NCBI GenBank assembly: GCA_051869975.1
Contig: JBJEBK010000061.1
Span: 36,461 to 100,460 of the forward strand
Direction of reading: 5' to 3'
From: Candidatus Cryptobacteroides sp.
Lineage (GTDB): Bacteria; Bacteroidota; Bacteroidia; Bacteroidales; UBA932
Length of the DNA stretch: 64,000 nt
Positions 25,877 through 35,732 of the stretch are shown here, in pieces. Made by a program: the position numbers and the translations under genes. Under the pieces are notes generated by a model. That model worked only from the letters and a program-made list of their open reading frames with translations. It was not told the origin of the DNA and did not search any database. The stretch's first letter is position 1, and every line of letters begins with the position of its first letter.

Positions 25877-26769
25877 TAAGGGCAGAGCGAATATGCAAGT
25901 CCTACAAGGGCATTCAGGCCCTGAAGGACATCAACCTGGACATAGGGAAGGGTGAGCTCTTCGGACTCATAGGTCCCGACGGTGCGGGCAAAACCTCCCT
26001 GTTCCGTATTCTCACAACCCTTACCCTTGCGGACAGCGGCACTGCGTCCGTGGGCGGACGGGATGTGGTACGGGACTATGCGCAGATTCGGAGGAGTATA
26101 GGCTATATGCCTGGTCATTTCGCTCTGTACCAAGACCTTAGCGTTGAGGAGAACCTTAAGTTCTACGCCACCATCTTCGGCACCACGGTTGAGGAGAACT
26201 ACGATACCATAAAGGAGATATATTCCCAACTGGAGATGTTCAAGGACCGCAAGGCCAAGGCTTTGTCCGGCGGAATGAAGCAGAAGCTTGCGCTGTGCTG
26301 CGCCCTGGTCCACAAGCCTGAGGTGCTCTTTCTCGATGAGCCTACAACGGGTGTGGATGCGGTGAGCCGAAGGGAGTTCTGGACTATGCTGCGCCGCATC
26401 AAGGATTCGGGAGTGACCATACTCGTTTCGACTCCATATATGGATGAAGCGGGCCTGTGCGACCGCATCGGCCTCATACTTGAGGGCAGCATCATAGATA
26501 TGGGTACCCCGGAGCAGATAGTGTCCCGTTACCCGGACAGGCTCTATGCAGTGAGGGGAAAGGATATGTTCCTGGCGCTGAAGGCGCTCGGCCGGCTCGA
26601 CGGAGTGCTGCGGTGCAGTTCCTTCGGCTGCGAGGTGCACGTGTCGGTGGGTGAAGGCGGTCCGGACGCGCAGGTGCTGCTTGAAGCACTCCGTGGAGCC
26701 GGCCTGCAGGGCTACGAAGTATGCCCTGTAGCCCCGGGAATAGAAGATTGTTTCATAAGGCTGTCATAG
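25873..26769 (+). CDS. ABC transporter ATP-binding protein
   Basis: Walker A GPDGAGKTS, signature LSGGMKQKL, Walker B VLFLDEPT. Confidence 0.9.
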   Translation: MIRAERICKSYKGIQALKDINLDIGKGELFGLIGPDGAGKTSLFRILTTLTLADSGTASVGGRDVVRDYAQIRRSIGYMPGHFALYQDLSVEENLKFYATIFGTTVEENYDTIKEIYSQLEMFKDRKAKALSGGMKQKLALCCALVHKPEVLFLDEPTTGVDAVSRREFWTMLRRIKDSGVTILVSTPYMDEAGLCDRIGLILEGSIIDMGTPEQIVSRYPDRLYAVRGKDMFLALKALGRLDGVLRCSSFGCEVHVSVGEGGPDAQVLLEALRGAGLQGYEVCPVAPGIEDCFIRLS

Positions 26770-26771
26770 TT

Positions 26772-27506
26772 ATGGGCAAGAGTGTGATTATCAAGGACCT
26801 GGTCAAGAAGTTCGGCTCCTTTACCGCCGTGGACCATATCTCCTTCGAAGTTGAGGAGGGCGAAATCTTCGGTTTTCTCGGAGCCAACGGCGCGGGAAAG
26901 ACTACAGCTATGCGCATACTCTGCGGCCTCAGCCTCCCTACTTCCGGAGAAGGAAGCGTTGCAGGGTACAGCATACTCCGCGAGCAGGAGAAAATCAAAA
27001 AGCACATAGGCTATATGAGCCAGAAGTTCTCCCTCTACCCGGACTTGAAGGTTTGGGAGAATATTGAGCTGTTCGGCGGAATATATGGCCTGACCAAAAA
27101 GCAGATAGTGCAGAAAACCGAATATATGCTCCACACCCTCTCGATGGAGAATGCGCGGAATATGTTCGTGCGCGACATCCCTTTGGGGTGGAAGCAGAAG
27201 CTGGCTTTCAGCATCGCTATGATTCACGACCCGCAGATTGTCTTTCTCGACGAGCCGACCGGAGGAGTGGATCCTGTGACGAGAAGAAACTTCTGGAACC
27301 TTATATATGAGGCCGCATCCCGTGGAGTAACGGTTTTTGTTACAACGCATTATATGGACGAGGCCGAGTATTGCGACAGGGTCTCCATTATGGTTGACGG
27401 CCGTATCGAGGCTCTCGGCAGCCCGGCCGAGCTGAAGAGCCGCTACGGGGCCGCTGATATGGATGAAGTATTCACATTGATTGCAGGGAGGGCAGAAAGG
27501 GAATGA
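26772..27506 (+). CDS. ABC transporter ATP-binding protein (second ATPase)
   Basis: Start at MGKSVIIKDL, 3 nt after the upstream stop. Walker A GANGAGKTT, Walker B VFLDEPTGGVD. Confidence 0.9.
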   Translation: MGKSVIIKDLVKKFGSFTAVDHISFEVEEGEIFGFLGANGAGKTTAMRILCGLSLPTSGEGSVAGYSILREQEKIKKHIGYMSQKFSLYPDLKVWENIELFGGIYGLTKKQIVQKTEYMLHTLSMENARNMFVRDIPLGWKQKLAFSIAMIHDPQIVFLDEPTGGVDPVTRRNFWNLIYEAASRGVTVFVTTHYMDEAEYCDRVSIMVDGRIEALGSPAELKSRYGAADMDEVFTLIAGRAERE

Positions 27507-28612
27507 AAGAGATAATGGCCTTCATTCGGAAGGAATTTATGCATATCTTCCGTGACCTTCGCACAATGCTGATTGTGCTGGTTATGCCCGTGGTGCAGAT
27601 TGTGCTGTTCGGCTTTGCCATCAGTACGGAGGTGCACAATGCCGTGATTGATGTGGTCGGGGATGTCCACGACCCTGCTGTGCAGAGGATAGTGGAGAGA
27701 ATCGACAACAACGAATATCTGCAGATAGGGAAGATTCTGTCTTCCCCTTCCGAAATTGACGCCAGGATACACAAGGGCAAGGCTATAGCGGCCGTTTGCT
27801 TCGACTCCGATTTCGACAGCAAGCTCAATACCGGTCAGAAGGCTGTGATTCACGTGGTTTGCGACGGTACCGACCCGAACACCTCCCAAGTGGTAACCGG
27901 ATATATCCGTGGGGTCCTTGCTACCGAGCAGGTTGAACTGATTGCGCAGAAAACCGGGCAGACGGCAGTATCCATGCGCCCCAATGTCCAGCTTATGTAC
28001 AACCCGGCGATGAATTCTTCGTACAATTTCGTTCCGGGAGTGATGGGCCTGATTCTTATGCTTATCTGCTCTATGATGACGGCAGTGTCCATCGTACGCG
28101 AGAAGGAGCTCGGAACTATGGAACTGGTGCTGGTCTCCCCGGTCAAGCCTTTCTGGATTATTCTGAGCAAGATAGTGCCCTATCTGGTGCTTTCGGCAAT
28201 CAATTTCGTGAGTGTGCTGCTGCTTGCCCATTATGTGATGGGGGTGCCGGTGAACGGAAGCCTTGCCCTGCTTTCCTTTGAAGCCCTGCTCTTCATCGGC
28301 TCATCCCTCGGAATAGGCCTGCTTATTTCCATTATATCCAAAACGCAGCAGACGGCTATGCTGCTCTGCGGAATGGGCCTTACTATGCCTACGATGATGC
28401 TCTCGGGTATCATTTTCCCTTGCGAGAGTATGCCTGTGGCGCTTCAGGTTTTCTCTGATATCATACCTGCCAAATGGTTCATTATCATTGTGAAACGCAT
28501 TATGATCCAGGGTGCGGGCCTTTCGGCTGTGCTGAAGGAAACCCTGATACTCGGTGGTATGATGGTGTTCCTGCTGGGCCTCAGCATCAAGAAATTCAAG
28601 AACAGATTGTAG
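27503..28612 (+). CDS. ABC-2 type transporter permease
   Basis: 369 aa with an N-terminal TM helix, a large loop and a C-terminal cluster of 5 TM helices. ATGA overlap with the ATPase gene. Confidence 0.85.
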   Translation: MKEIMAFIRKEFMHIFRDLRTMLIVLVMPVVQIVLFGFAISTEVHNAVIDVVGDVHDPAVQRIVERIDNNEYLQIGKILSSPSEIDARIHKGKAIAAVCFDSDFDSKLNTGQKAVIHVVCDGTDPNTSQVVTGYIRGVLATEQVELIAQKTGQTAVSMRPNVQLMYNPAMNSSYNFVPGVMGLILMLICSMMTAVSIVREKELGTMELVLVSPVKPFWIILSKIVPYLVLSAINFVSVLLLAHYVMGVPVNGSLALLSFEALLFIGSSLGIGLLISIISKTQQTAMLLCGMGLTMPTMMLSGIIFPCESMPVALQVFSDIIPAKWFIIIVKRIMIQGAGLSAVLKETLILGGMMVFLLGLSIKKFKNRL

Positions 28613-28614
28613 CT

Positions 28615-29727
28615 ATGTGGAAATATCTTCTCAAAAAGGAAATGAAGCAATTTCTGCGCGACCCGGGAATGCCGCGTATGACTATGATGTTTCCTTTCAT
28701 CATAATACTCGTTTTCCCTTTCTGTGCGAGTATGGAGGTGCACAATATCAAGCTGGCGATGGTGGACAACGACCACTCGACGCAGTCGGCGCTGCTTATG
28801 GAGAAGTGCGCATCATCGGGCTATTTCCAGGTGGAGTCCTTCAATTCCACTGCCCGCCAGGCTCAGGAAATGATGGACAGGGGCCGGATTGATGCCATCC
28901 TTACGATAAACAACGGCTTTGAAGACTTCCTCGCAAGCGACATCCCTCAGGGAGCCCTTCCGGTGGGCATCAAGGTGAATACGGTCAACGGTACCCGCGG
29001 AAGCATTGGTTCGCAGTATCTGAACAGCTGTGTGACGGACTTCGTGAGTTCTGCCTCAGGCGGCGGGGGAGAGGCTATGCAGGTGGCTCAGCTGGAGATG
29101 AGCGAGGTGTACCGCAACAATCCGTATATGGATTACAAACTCTTTATGATTCCGGCACTTATCGTGATTGCGATTACTATGATGTGCGGCTTCCTGCCTG
29201 CGCTCAATATCGTTTCCGAGAAGGAGAAGGGTACCATAGAGCAAATCAATGTGACTCCTGTGCGCAAGACCACTTTCATACTCTGCAAGATGATGCCTTA
29301 TGTGTTTGTGGCTTTCTTCCTGGTGTTCTCCTGTCTGCTGCTGGCCTATCTGGTCTACGGTTATGTCTGCAAGGGCAGCCTTCTGGATGTGGTGATTTTC
29401 ACTTTTGCGCATATCCTGGTGATGGCCTCATTCGGGCTCCTGGTGTCCAATTACAGCGACAATGCCCAGCAGGCTATGTTTGTGATTTGGTTCTTCAGTA
29501 TGGTGTTTATGCTGATGAGCGGTATTTTTACCCCTATCGAATCTATGCCGAAGTGGGCTGAAGTCATTACTTACGCCAATCCTTTGCGTTATTACGCGGA
29601 TGCGATGCGCGGCATTTTCCTCAAGGGCAGCGCTCTGCTCGACACCTGGAAGGACCTTGTGTGCCTGCTGGGGCTTGGCTCGATTACAACTACCTGGGCG
29701 ATTTTGAGTTACAAGAAAACGAACTGA
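28615..29727 (+). CDS. ABC-2 type transporter permease (paralogue)
   Basis: Start moved to MWKYLLKKEMKQF (28615), 3 nt after the upstream stop. Same topology as the previous gene. Confidence 0.85.
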   Translation: MWKYLLKKEMKQFLRDPGMPRMTMMFPFIIILVFPFCASMEVHNIKLAMVDNDHSTQSALLMEKCASSGYFQVESFNSTARQAQEMMDRGRIDAILTINNGFEDFLASDIPQGALPVGIKVNTVNGTRGSIGSQYLNSCVTDFVSSASGGGGEAMQVAQLEMSEVYRNNPYMDYKLFMIPALIVIAITMMCGFLPALNIVSEKEKGTIEQINVTPVRKTTFILCKMMPYVFVAFFLVFSCLLLAYLVYGYVCKGSLLDVVIFTFAHILVMASFGLLVSNYSDNAQQAMFVIWFFSMVFMLMSGIFTPIESMPKWAEVITYANPLRYYADAMRGIFLKGSALLDTWKDLVCLLGLGSITTTWAILSYKKTN

Positions 29728-29733
29728 ACGAAA

Positions 29734-29759
29734 ACAGCCTGCCGGGAGAGGCAGGCTGT
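29734..29759. terminator. perfect 10-bp hairpin between the convergent efflux operon and rpsU
   Basis: ACAGCCTGCC-gggaga-GGCAGGCTGT. Confidence 0.6.
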
Positions 29760-29782
29760 CTGTATGAATGAGGGGCAGTTGA

Positions 29783-29977
29783 TTACTGCTCGTCCTGGAG
29801 ACGAAGGTGCTGAACGTAGATGGCCTTCTGCTTAGCGATACGCTTGCGGACAGACGGCTTCTCGAAGTTCTTGCGGGCACGCAGCTCGCGAATCGCTCCG
29901 GTCTTCTCGAACTTCCTCTTAAACTTCTTAAGAGCCTTCTCGATATTGTCACCTTCCTTTACTGGTACGATAATCAT
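29783..29977 (-). CDS. rpsU: 30S ribosomal protein S21
   Basis: 64 aa: MIIVPVKEGDNIEKALKKFKRKFEKTG..RKRIAKQKA. Confidence 0.9.
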   Translation of the reverse strand: MIIVPVKEGDNIEKALKKFKRKFEKTGAIRELRARKNFEKPSVRKRIAKQKAIYVQHLRLQDEQ

Positions 29978-30021
29978 CCTTAAAAATCACCCCCTTTTTC
30001 CTAAATCAAAAATTCGGACTG

Positions 30022-30029
30022 CAAAGGTA
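30022..30029 (-). promoter_or_regulatory. -7 box (TACCTTTG) for rpsU
   Basis: TAnnTTTG match on the minus strand, 44 nt upstream of the ATG. Confidence 0.45.
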
Positions 30030-30095
30030 GAAATATTTTTTTGAAATCAAAATAATTCCCATATTTGTTTCCCGTAAACCACATTAAAGTTATCG

Positions 30096-32486
30096 ATGAA
30101 GAATATTCTCTCCGGATGCCTTGCATCACTTTTGCTTATTGCGTTTTCATCCTGCAACCGAACTGAGGTCCCTCATATTGAGAACGGAAAAATCATTGTT
30201 GACGGCCATACCGAATACTATATAGGTACAAATATCTGGTATGCAGCCGACCTTGCCACAACACCGGCCGGAAGGGAGCGCCTCGACAGGGAACTGGATT
30301 ACCTCAAAGATTGCGGAGTAACCAATCTCAGAATCAAGGCAACGGAAGACACTGACCCGGATGCTCTTGAGTATGTCCTCAAGCTTCTGGAAAAGAAAGG
30401 GATGTATGCCGTGCTGTATCTCAACAACGCCTGGGAATGGTCAATGGGCTTCAGGGATTATCTTGAAGCCGCAGGCGCGGGGCCCCAGCCTGATCCTGCC
30501 ACAGACGGCTACTGGGCATATATGAATGCGATGTCGGCCTTCTGCCGCAACGAGGAGGCCATAGCCCTCAGCCACAAGCATATCAAGACTATTGTCAGCA
30601 GGCTGAAAGACTGTAAATCAATCTTCAGCTGGCAAATCAGCAATGAGCCGAGGGCCTTTGCTTCCGACTCTCAGACTCTGGATGCCTTTGTCAATTATAT
30701 CCATTCCACGGCCGCCTGTATCAAGTCCATAGACCCCGTCCATATGGTCAGCACCGGCAACGAAGGCTATATGGGTTGCGAAAGCAACTATAATCTGTTC
30801 TACAGAATCAACGACTGTCCGGACATTGATTACATCACCATCCATATCTGGCCTTACAATTGGGGCTGGGTGAGTGAAGACAGTTTGGTTGAAAATGTTG
30901 AAACAGCTGTTAAGAAGACAGAAGAATATATCTCAAAGAGTCTGGAGATAGCCGGAGTACTCAAAAAGAGCGTTGTTGTCGAAGAATTCGGCTATCCCCG
31001 TGACGGCTTCAGCTTCAGCAAGGAAGCAAGCACCGGTGCCAGAGACAAGGTTTACAGAAAGGTATTCGAACTGATTGCCGAAAGCGCTTCGGATGGAGGC
31101 TATCTTGCCGGCTGCAATTTCTGGGCTTGGGGTGGCGAAGCCGCTCCGGCTCACGAGCGCTGGCAGCAGGGGGATGACCTCTGCGGAGACCCGTCTCAGG
31201 AACAGCAGGGACTCAACTCCGTATTCGCCAGTGATTTATCTACCGTATCCCTGATCAGGGAATATGCCCATAAGCTTGGCTCAATGACCAGGGTTGCAGC
31301 TGAATCTTCGGACGGATGGCTTTTCGAAGGAAAAGGGAGCAAGCTCATTTTCAGAACTTACAATCCTTCTTCAGAGGCAGCCCGTCTGCAAGTCGCAATC
31401 GTCCCTGACACTACCCTGATGCACGAAAGGCAGGACACAGTGCTGCTGCTCAGCCGTTCGCTGCCAGCCAATTCAGGCAGAATCGCCTTGGATATGGGCG
31501 GGCTTGCTCCTGGATTCTATCAGGTAAGAGCCTCGCTTTCGGCAGATGGTGCAACGGACAGCTATCCTTGGTTCAACATTGGAGTCGAGCCTGAGAAAAT
31601 AGTGTCTCCACAAAGCAAAGCTTCTGACTTTGACAGCTTCTGGGAGAGCACCTTTGCTGAATTGGAGCTGATTCCTATGGATGTCAAGCTGACGGAAGTT
31701 CCCGGGCACAGCAACTCTCAAAGAACGAGCTATGCCGTTGAGTTCAAATCACTTGGCGGTGCAGTTGCAGGTGGAATCCTGTGTATGCCGACAGCGCCCG
31801 GCAAGTATCCTGCCCGTGTTGAGTTTATGGGATATGGCTCCGACCCGTACTGGTTTGACCCTTCTGCAGACCCGCAGGCAATTGAATTCATCGTAAGCAT
31901 TCGCGACCAGGGTATCTTCAAGGCAGACAACAGCAGGTGGATTGACCGCGGTCTTGAGTCCAAAGAAGCTTTCTACTACAGGGGCGCTTTCTGCGATGTG
32001 AAAAGGGCCTTGGACTTTATATTCTCATTGGACAATGTTGATTCGGCAAAGGTCTCCGTGCGTGGAGAGAGTCAGGGCGGAGCATTGACCCTTGTGGCGG
32101 CTGCTCTTGACAATCGGGTTGCTATTGCCCTTCCTTCAGTCCCTTTCCTCGGAGATTACGAGGACTACCGCAAGATAGTATGGTGGCCTGTATGGGAGGT
32201 GATGGAAACAGCCGATTCCCAGGGGCTTGACAGAGACGAACTCTTCAGGACTCTGTCCTATTTCGATGTCAAGAACTTTGCGGACAGAATTGAATGTCCT
32301 GTGCTTATGGCCTTCGGTCTTCAGGATGATGTATGCCCTCCTCACACCAATTTCTCCATCTGGAACCAAATCCGTTCGCAGAAAGAATACTATGCCGTCC
32401 CAACTTGCGGACACGGAATGTGGAAAGAGATGCAGTGGCTCCGTCTGCGTGCGGACAGGATACGCGAAATGGAGGCGGGACGCTAG
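30096..32486 (+). CDS. bifunctional lipoprotein: GH5-like (mannanase/cellulase-type) glycoside hydrolase fused to a CE7-like acetyl esterase
   Basis: Lipobox LLLIAFSSC. GH5 acid/base context WQISNEPRA and nucleophile context VVVEEFGYP. C-terminal half has the CE7 elbow VRGESQGGAL and a terminal CGHGMW. Confidence 0.75.
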   Translation: MKNILSGCLASLLLIAFSSCNRTEVPHIENGKIIVDGHTEYYIGTNIWYAADLATTPAGRERLDRELDYLKDCGVTNLRIKATEDTDPDALEYVLKLLEKKGMYAVLYLNNAWEWSMGFRDYLEAAGAGPQPDPATDGYWAYMNAMSAFCRNEEAIALSHKHIKTIVSRLKDCKSIFSWQISNEPRAFASDSQTLDAFVNYIHSTAACIKSIDPVHMVSTGNEGYMGCESNYNLFYRINDCPDIDYITIHIWPYNWGWVSEDSLVENVETAVKKTEEYISKSLEIAGVLKKSVVVEEFGYPRDGFSFSKEASTGARDKVYRKVFELIAESASDGGYLAGCNFWAWGGEAAPAHERWQQGDDLCGDPSQEQQGLNSVFASDLSTVSLIREYAHKLGSMTRVAAESSDGWLFEGKGSKLIFRTYNPSSEAARLQVAIVPDTTLMHERQDTVLLLSRSLPANSGRIALDMGGLAPGFYQVRASLSADGATDSYPWFNIGVEPEKIVSPQSKASDFDSFWESTFAELELIPMDVKLTEVPGHSNSQRTSYAVEFKSLGGAVAGGILCMPTAPGKYPARVEFMGYGSDPYWFDPSADPQAIEFIVSIRDQGIFKADNSRWIDRGLESKEAFYYRGAFCDVKRALDFIFSLDNVDSAKVSVRGESQGGALTLVAAALDNRVAIALPSVPFLGDYEDYRKIVWWPVWEVMETADSQGLDRDELFRTLSYFDVKNFADRIECPVLMAFGLQDDVCPPHTNFSIWNQIRSQKEYYAVPTCGHGMWKEMQWLRLRADRIREMEAGR

Positions 32487-33631
32487 ATATTGAAGTAATA
32501 TTTCCTCATCCAGTACTCGAACAGCGGGTCCAGGATTACCGCCTTATCGTCTTCAGTGAAGGTGATGATTTCCTTTTTGCACAGGGCGTCCTTGAGCCTG
32601 CGCACATTGGCTGAGGAGTTGAGCTTGTAGCGCGCGATGACATCTGCGGAGCTGAACATCGACTCTCCGTCCAGAATCGCGCGCAGCAGGAAGAGCTGGA
32701 AGGTTGTAAGCTCATTCATCGCTGCCACGAAGCGCGGCTGATGGATGGCAAGCATAGTCTGCAGGCTCTCATCCACTACCGGAGCCATAATGTAGCCGCG
32801 GCTAAGGCCGTCGCAAATGGCGGCGAAATGGTTGACATAGTAGATATTGTTCTGCAGGATGGCGCAAATCTTCTCTACAAACTCGTTGTCAATCACCTTC
32901 CCGCTCACAAGGAAGCCCTTGATGACGTGGTTCTCTATTTCTTTATAGGATATAGGCTCCAGCTTCACGCGTTGCACCATACGGTAGAAATAGCGCTTCT
33001 GCTCGAAAATGGTCTTCATCGCATTCACGCGGCTTCCCACCCATATCCAGGAGCACAGCTCCCTCTGGCGGGGCCCCGCTTTGCGCACAACTTCCTCGTA
33101 TATGTTGAGCATAGTGTCCGGACCTTCGGTCAGCAGGATGTTCTGGAATTCGTGCACAATCAGCAGCAGCTTCGTTCCCGTCTTCTCCGCTAGCCTGTAG
33201 GGAAGATTGAGTGCTGCGCGAAGGTCATCAGCCTTCAGGTCGTCAGCCAGGCTTACAACAGCCCCGCCGTGAGCGAAAGACAGCCCGTCATAGGAAAATG
33301 AGGTGCCTCCGAGGTACTCCTGCACGAGTGCACGATGCTCGTCCGGGGTGCTTGCAAAAACCCCTACAACCGTGGATATGAGGCGAATGCAATAATCCGC
33401 CATAGACCTTATGTTGAGAAGCGAAAACTCGGCTGTCCTGAAACTCAGTCCGGAGGCCTTCATCTCGAAAAGTGTCTGGCAGATAAGGGAGTTCTTGCCG
33501 GTCTTGGCCGGTTCATAGATGGAAACATTGAGCCCGCGGGAGAGAATATCCCTCAGCTGGGCGCACTCAGCCTTTCTTCCGATGAAGTTCCGGCCGGTTA
33601 CTGTCTTGTCGTAGGTGAAGGTTGTTTCCAT
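32483..33631 (-). CDS. AAA/Arch_ATPase-like ATP-binding protein (DUF234-like tail)
   Basis: Start moved to METTFTYDK (33631) because the ORF-track N-terminus overlaps rplU and its promoter. Walker A PAKTGKNS and Walker B LLLIVHEF. Confidence 0.65.
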   Translation of the reverse strand: METTFTYDKTVTGRNFIGRKAECAQLRDILSRGLNVSIYEPAKTGKNSLICQTLFEMKASGLSFRTAEFSLLNIRSMADYCIRLISTVVGVFASTPDEHRALVQEYLGGTSFSYDGLSFAHGGAVVSLADDLKADDLRAALNLPYRLAEKTGTKLLLIVHEFQNILLTEGPDTMLNIYEEVVRKAGPRQRELCSWIWVGSRVNAMKTIFEQKRYFYRMVQRVKLEPISYKEIENHVIKGFLVSGKVIDNEFVEKICAILQNNIYYVNHFAAICDGLSRGYIMAPVVDESLQTMLAIHQPRFVAAMNELTTFQLFLLRAILDGESMFSSADVIARYKLNSSANVRRLKDALCKKEIITFTEDDKAVILDPLFEYWMRKYYFNI

Positions 33632-33691
33632 CGATGTAACAAAAATGTTCACAAATTTAGAAAAACTTTTGGTAACAAAAGAAAAAAAAAG

Positions 33692-33699
33692 TATTTTTG
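33692..33699 (+). promoter_or_regulatory. -7 box (TATTTTTG) for rplU-rpmA, followed by an 88-nt leader with a GATACC-cggaa-GGTATC hairpin
   Basis: TAnnTTTG match. Perfect 6-bp hairpin in the leader. Confidence 0.4.
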
Positions 33700-33787
33700 C
33701 GGTCCGATAAATGATGGCTGTCAAGCTCGCCAAGAGATACCCGGAAGGTATCCGCTTGCAGTCGAAAACTTGAAAAGAGTTTTTATA

Positions 33788-34105
33788 ATGTACGCAATCG
33801 TAGAAATTGCCGGCCAGCAGTTCAAGGTAGAAGCTGGCAACGAAATCTTCTGCAACCGTCTTCCGGATGCAAAAGGTGCTGCAGTGGAGTTCACCAAGGT
33901 CCTCCTCGTAGAGAATGAGGGTGACGTTAAAGTAGGTGCTCCTTATGTTGAGGGCGCTAGCGTTAAGGCTACCGTACTCGCTGATGATGTCAGGGCTGAC
34001 AAGGTCCTCGTATTCAAGAAGATCCGCCGCAAGGGCTTCCAGAAGTGCAACGGTCACCGTCAGAAGCTCACAAAGATCCAGATCGCAGACATTGTACTCG
34101 CTTAA
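33788..34105 (+). CDS. rplU: 50S ribosomal protein L21
   Basis: MYAIVEIAGQQFKVE..., 105 aa, an internal start within ORF 33335..34105. Confidence 0.9.
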   Translation: MYAIVEIAGQQFKVEAGNEIFCNRLPDAKGAAVEFTKVLLVENEGDVKVGAPYVEGASVKATVLADDVRADKVLVFKKIRRKGFQKCNGHRQKLTKIQIADIVLA

Positions 34106-34123
34106 TTAAAACGGAATTGAATT

Positions 34124-34384
34124 ATGGCACACAAGAAAGGTCAATCAAGTTCAAAGAACGGTCGTGAGTCACAGAGCAAGCGTCTTGGACTCAAGAAATT
34201 CGGTGGCGAGACTGTAAAGGCTGGCAACATCATCGTACGCCAGAGGGGAACAGTCCACAACCCGGACAAGAACGTAGGTATGGGTAAAGACCACACTCTT
34301 TACGCTCTCGTTGACGGAACTGTAAAGTTCACACGCAAGAGAGAGGATAAATCTTACGTATCGGTTATCCCATTTGAGAACTAA
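34124..34384 (+). CDS. rpmA: 50S ribosomal protein L27
   Basis: [39 protein letters not shown]. Confidence 0.9.
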   Translation: MAHKKGQSSSKNGRESQSKRLGLKKFGGETVKAGNIIVRQRGTVHNPDKNVGMGKDHTLYALVDGTVKFTRKREDKSYVSVIPFEN

Positions 34385-34405
34385 TCTCGAGGGAGTTATG
34401 AATAC

Positions 34406-34452
34406 AGGACTTGCACTTCGGGATTCCGAATAGCAAGTCCTTTTTCTTTTTT
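34406..34452 (+). terminator. rho-independent terminator after rpmA
   Basis: AGGACTTGC-18 nt-GCAAGTCCT followed by ttttctttttt. Confidence 0.6.
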
Positions 34453-34460
34453 CTGAAATT

Positions 34461-35732
34461 ATGCTTACACTCAAAACATTGCGCGAAAACCGCGACTTGG
34501 TAATCGCGAAGTTGAATATCAAGAATTTTGATGCCCAGCCTATCGTGGACAAGGTCCTCGAACTGGACACCAGACGCCGTGCCCTCCAGACCGAGAGCGA
34601 CGCTCTGCTCGCACAGCAGAAAAAGAAATCAGCTGAAATAGGAGCCCTGATGAAGCAGGGCCTGAAGGCTGAAGCCGAAGCTGCAAAGGCTGAGGTTGCC
34701 CAGCTCAAAGCCCGCAGCGGTGCCATACTCGCTGAAATGACTGCCGCAGAGCAGGAACTCCAGAACCAGCTCGTTCTGCTTCCGAATCTTCCTTGCGATC
34801 TGGTAAAGCCGGGCAAGGGCGCCGAGGACAACGAAGTCGTGAAGATGGGCGGCCCGGAAGTTAAACTTCCCGAGAATGCTCTTCCGCACTGGGAACTTGC
34901 AAAGAAATATGACATCATCGACTTTGACCTCGGAGTGAAAATCACAGGTGCCGGATTCCCGGTCTATAAGGGAAAGGGAGCAAAACTCCAGCGTGCACTC
35001 ATCAACTTCTTCCTTGATATCAACACTGCTGACGGCTACAGGGAGGTTGAACCTCCTGTTATGGTCAACAAGGATTCCGGTTTCGGCACCGGTCAGCTTC
35101 CTGACAAGGAGGGCCAGATGTACCACGCCGACCTCGATGACTTCTATATGGTTCCTACAGCCGAGGTCCCTGTAACCAATATCTTCAGGGATGTCATCCT
35201 TGAGCAGAACCAGATTCCCCAGAGGCTTACCGCCTACACCCCTTGCTTCCGCCGCGAAGCCGGTTCATACGGCAAGGATGTGCGCGGCCTCAACCGTCTG
35301 CACCAGTTCGACAAAGTCGAAATAGTGCGCGTCGAAAAGCCTGAAGACAGCTACAAGGCTCTTGACGATATGGTTGCCCACGTCGAGAAAATAGTCAATA
35401 TGCTCGGCCTGAAGTACAGGATTCTGCGCCTTTGCGGCGGGGATATGTCCTTCACTTCCGCCATTACCTATGATTTCGAGCTTTGGAGTGCCGCACAGGG
35501 CCGCTGGCTTGAGATTTCCTCCGTCAGCAATTTCGAGAGCTACCAGTCCAACCGCCTCCACCTGCGTTACCGCGATGAGGACGGCAAGACCCAGCTCGCA
35601 CACACTCTCAACGGAAGCTCCCTCGCACTCCCGCGCGTGGTTGCCGCTCTTCTGGAGGACAACCAGACAGAGGATGGCATCATCATTCCTGAGGTGCTGA
35701 GGCCATATACAGGATTCGACAAGATTGATTGA
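34461..35732 (+). CDS. serS: seryl-tRNA synthetase
   Basis: N-terminal coiled-coil arm. Class II motifs FRREAGSYGKDVRGLNRLHQFDKVE and TLNGSSLALPRV. Confidence 0.9.
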   Translation: MLTLKTLRENRDLVIAKLNIKNFDAQPIVDKVLELDTRRRALQTESDALLAQQKKKSAEIGALMKQGLKAEAEAAKAEVAQLKARSGAILAEMTAAEQELQNQLVLLPNLPCDLVKPGKGAEDNEVVKMGGPEVKLPENALPHWELAKKYDIIDFDLGVKITGAGFPVYKGKGAKLQRALINFFLDINTADGYREVEPPVMVNKDSGFGTGQLPDKEGQMYHADLDDFYMVPTAEVPVTNIFRDVILEQNQIPQRLTAYTPCFRREAGSYGKDVRGLNRLHQFDKVEIVRVEKPEDSYKALDDMVAHVEKIVNMLGLKYRILRLCGGDMSFTSAITYDFELWSAAQGRWLEISSVSNFESYQSNRLHLRYRDEDGKTQLAHTLNGSSLALPRVVAALLEDNQTEDGIIIPEVLRPYTGFDKID

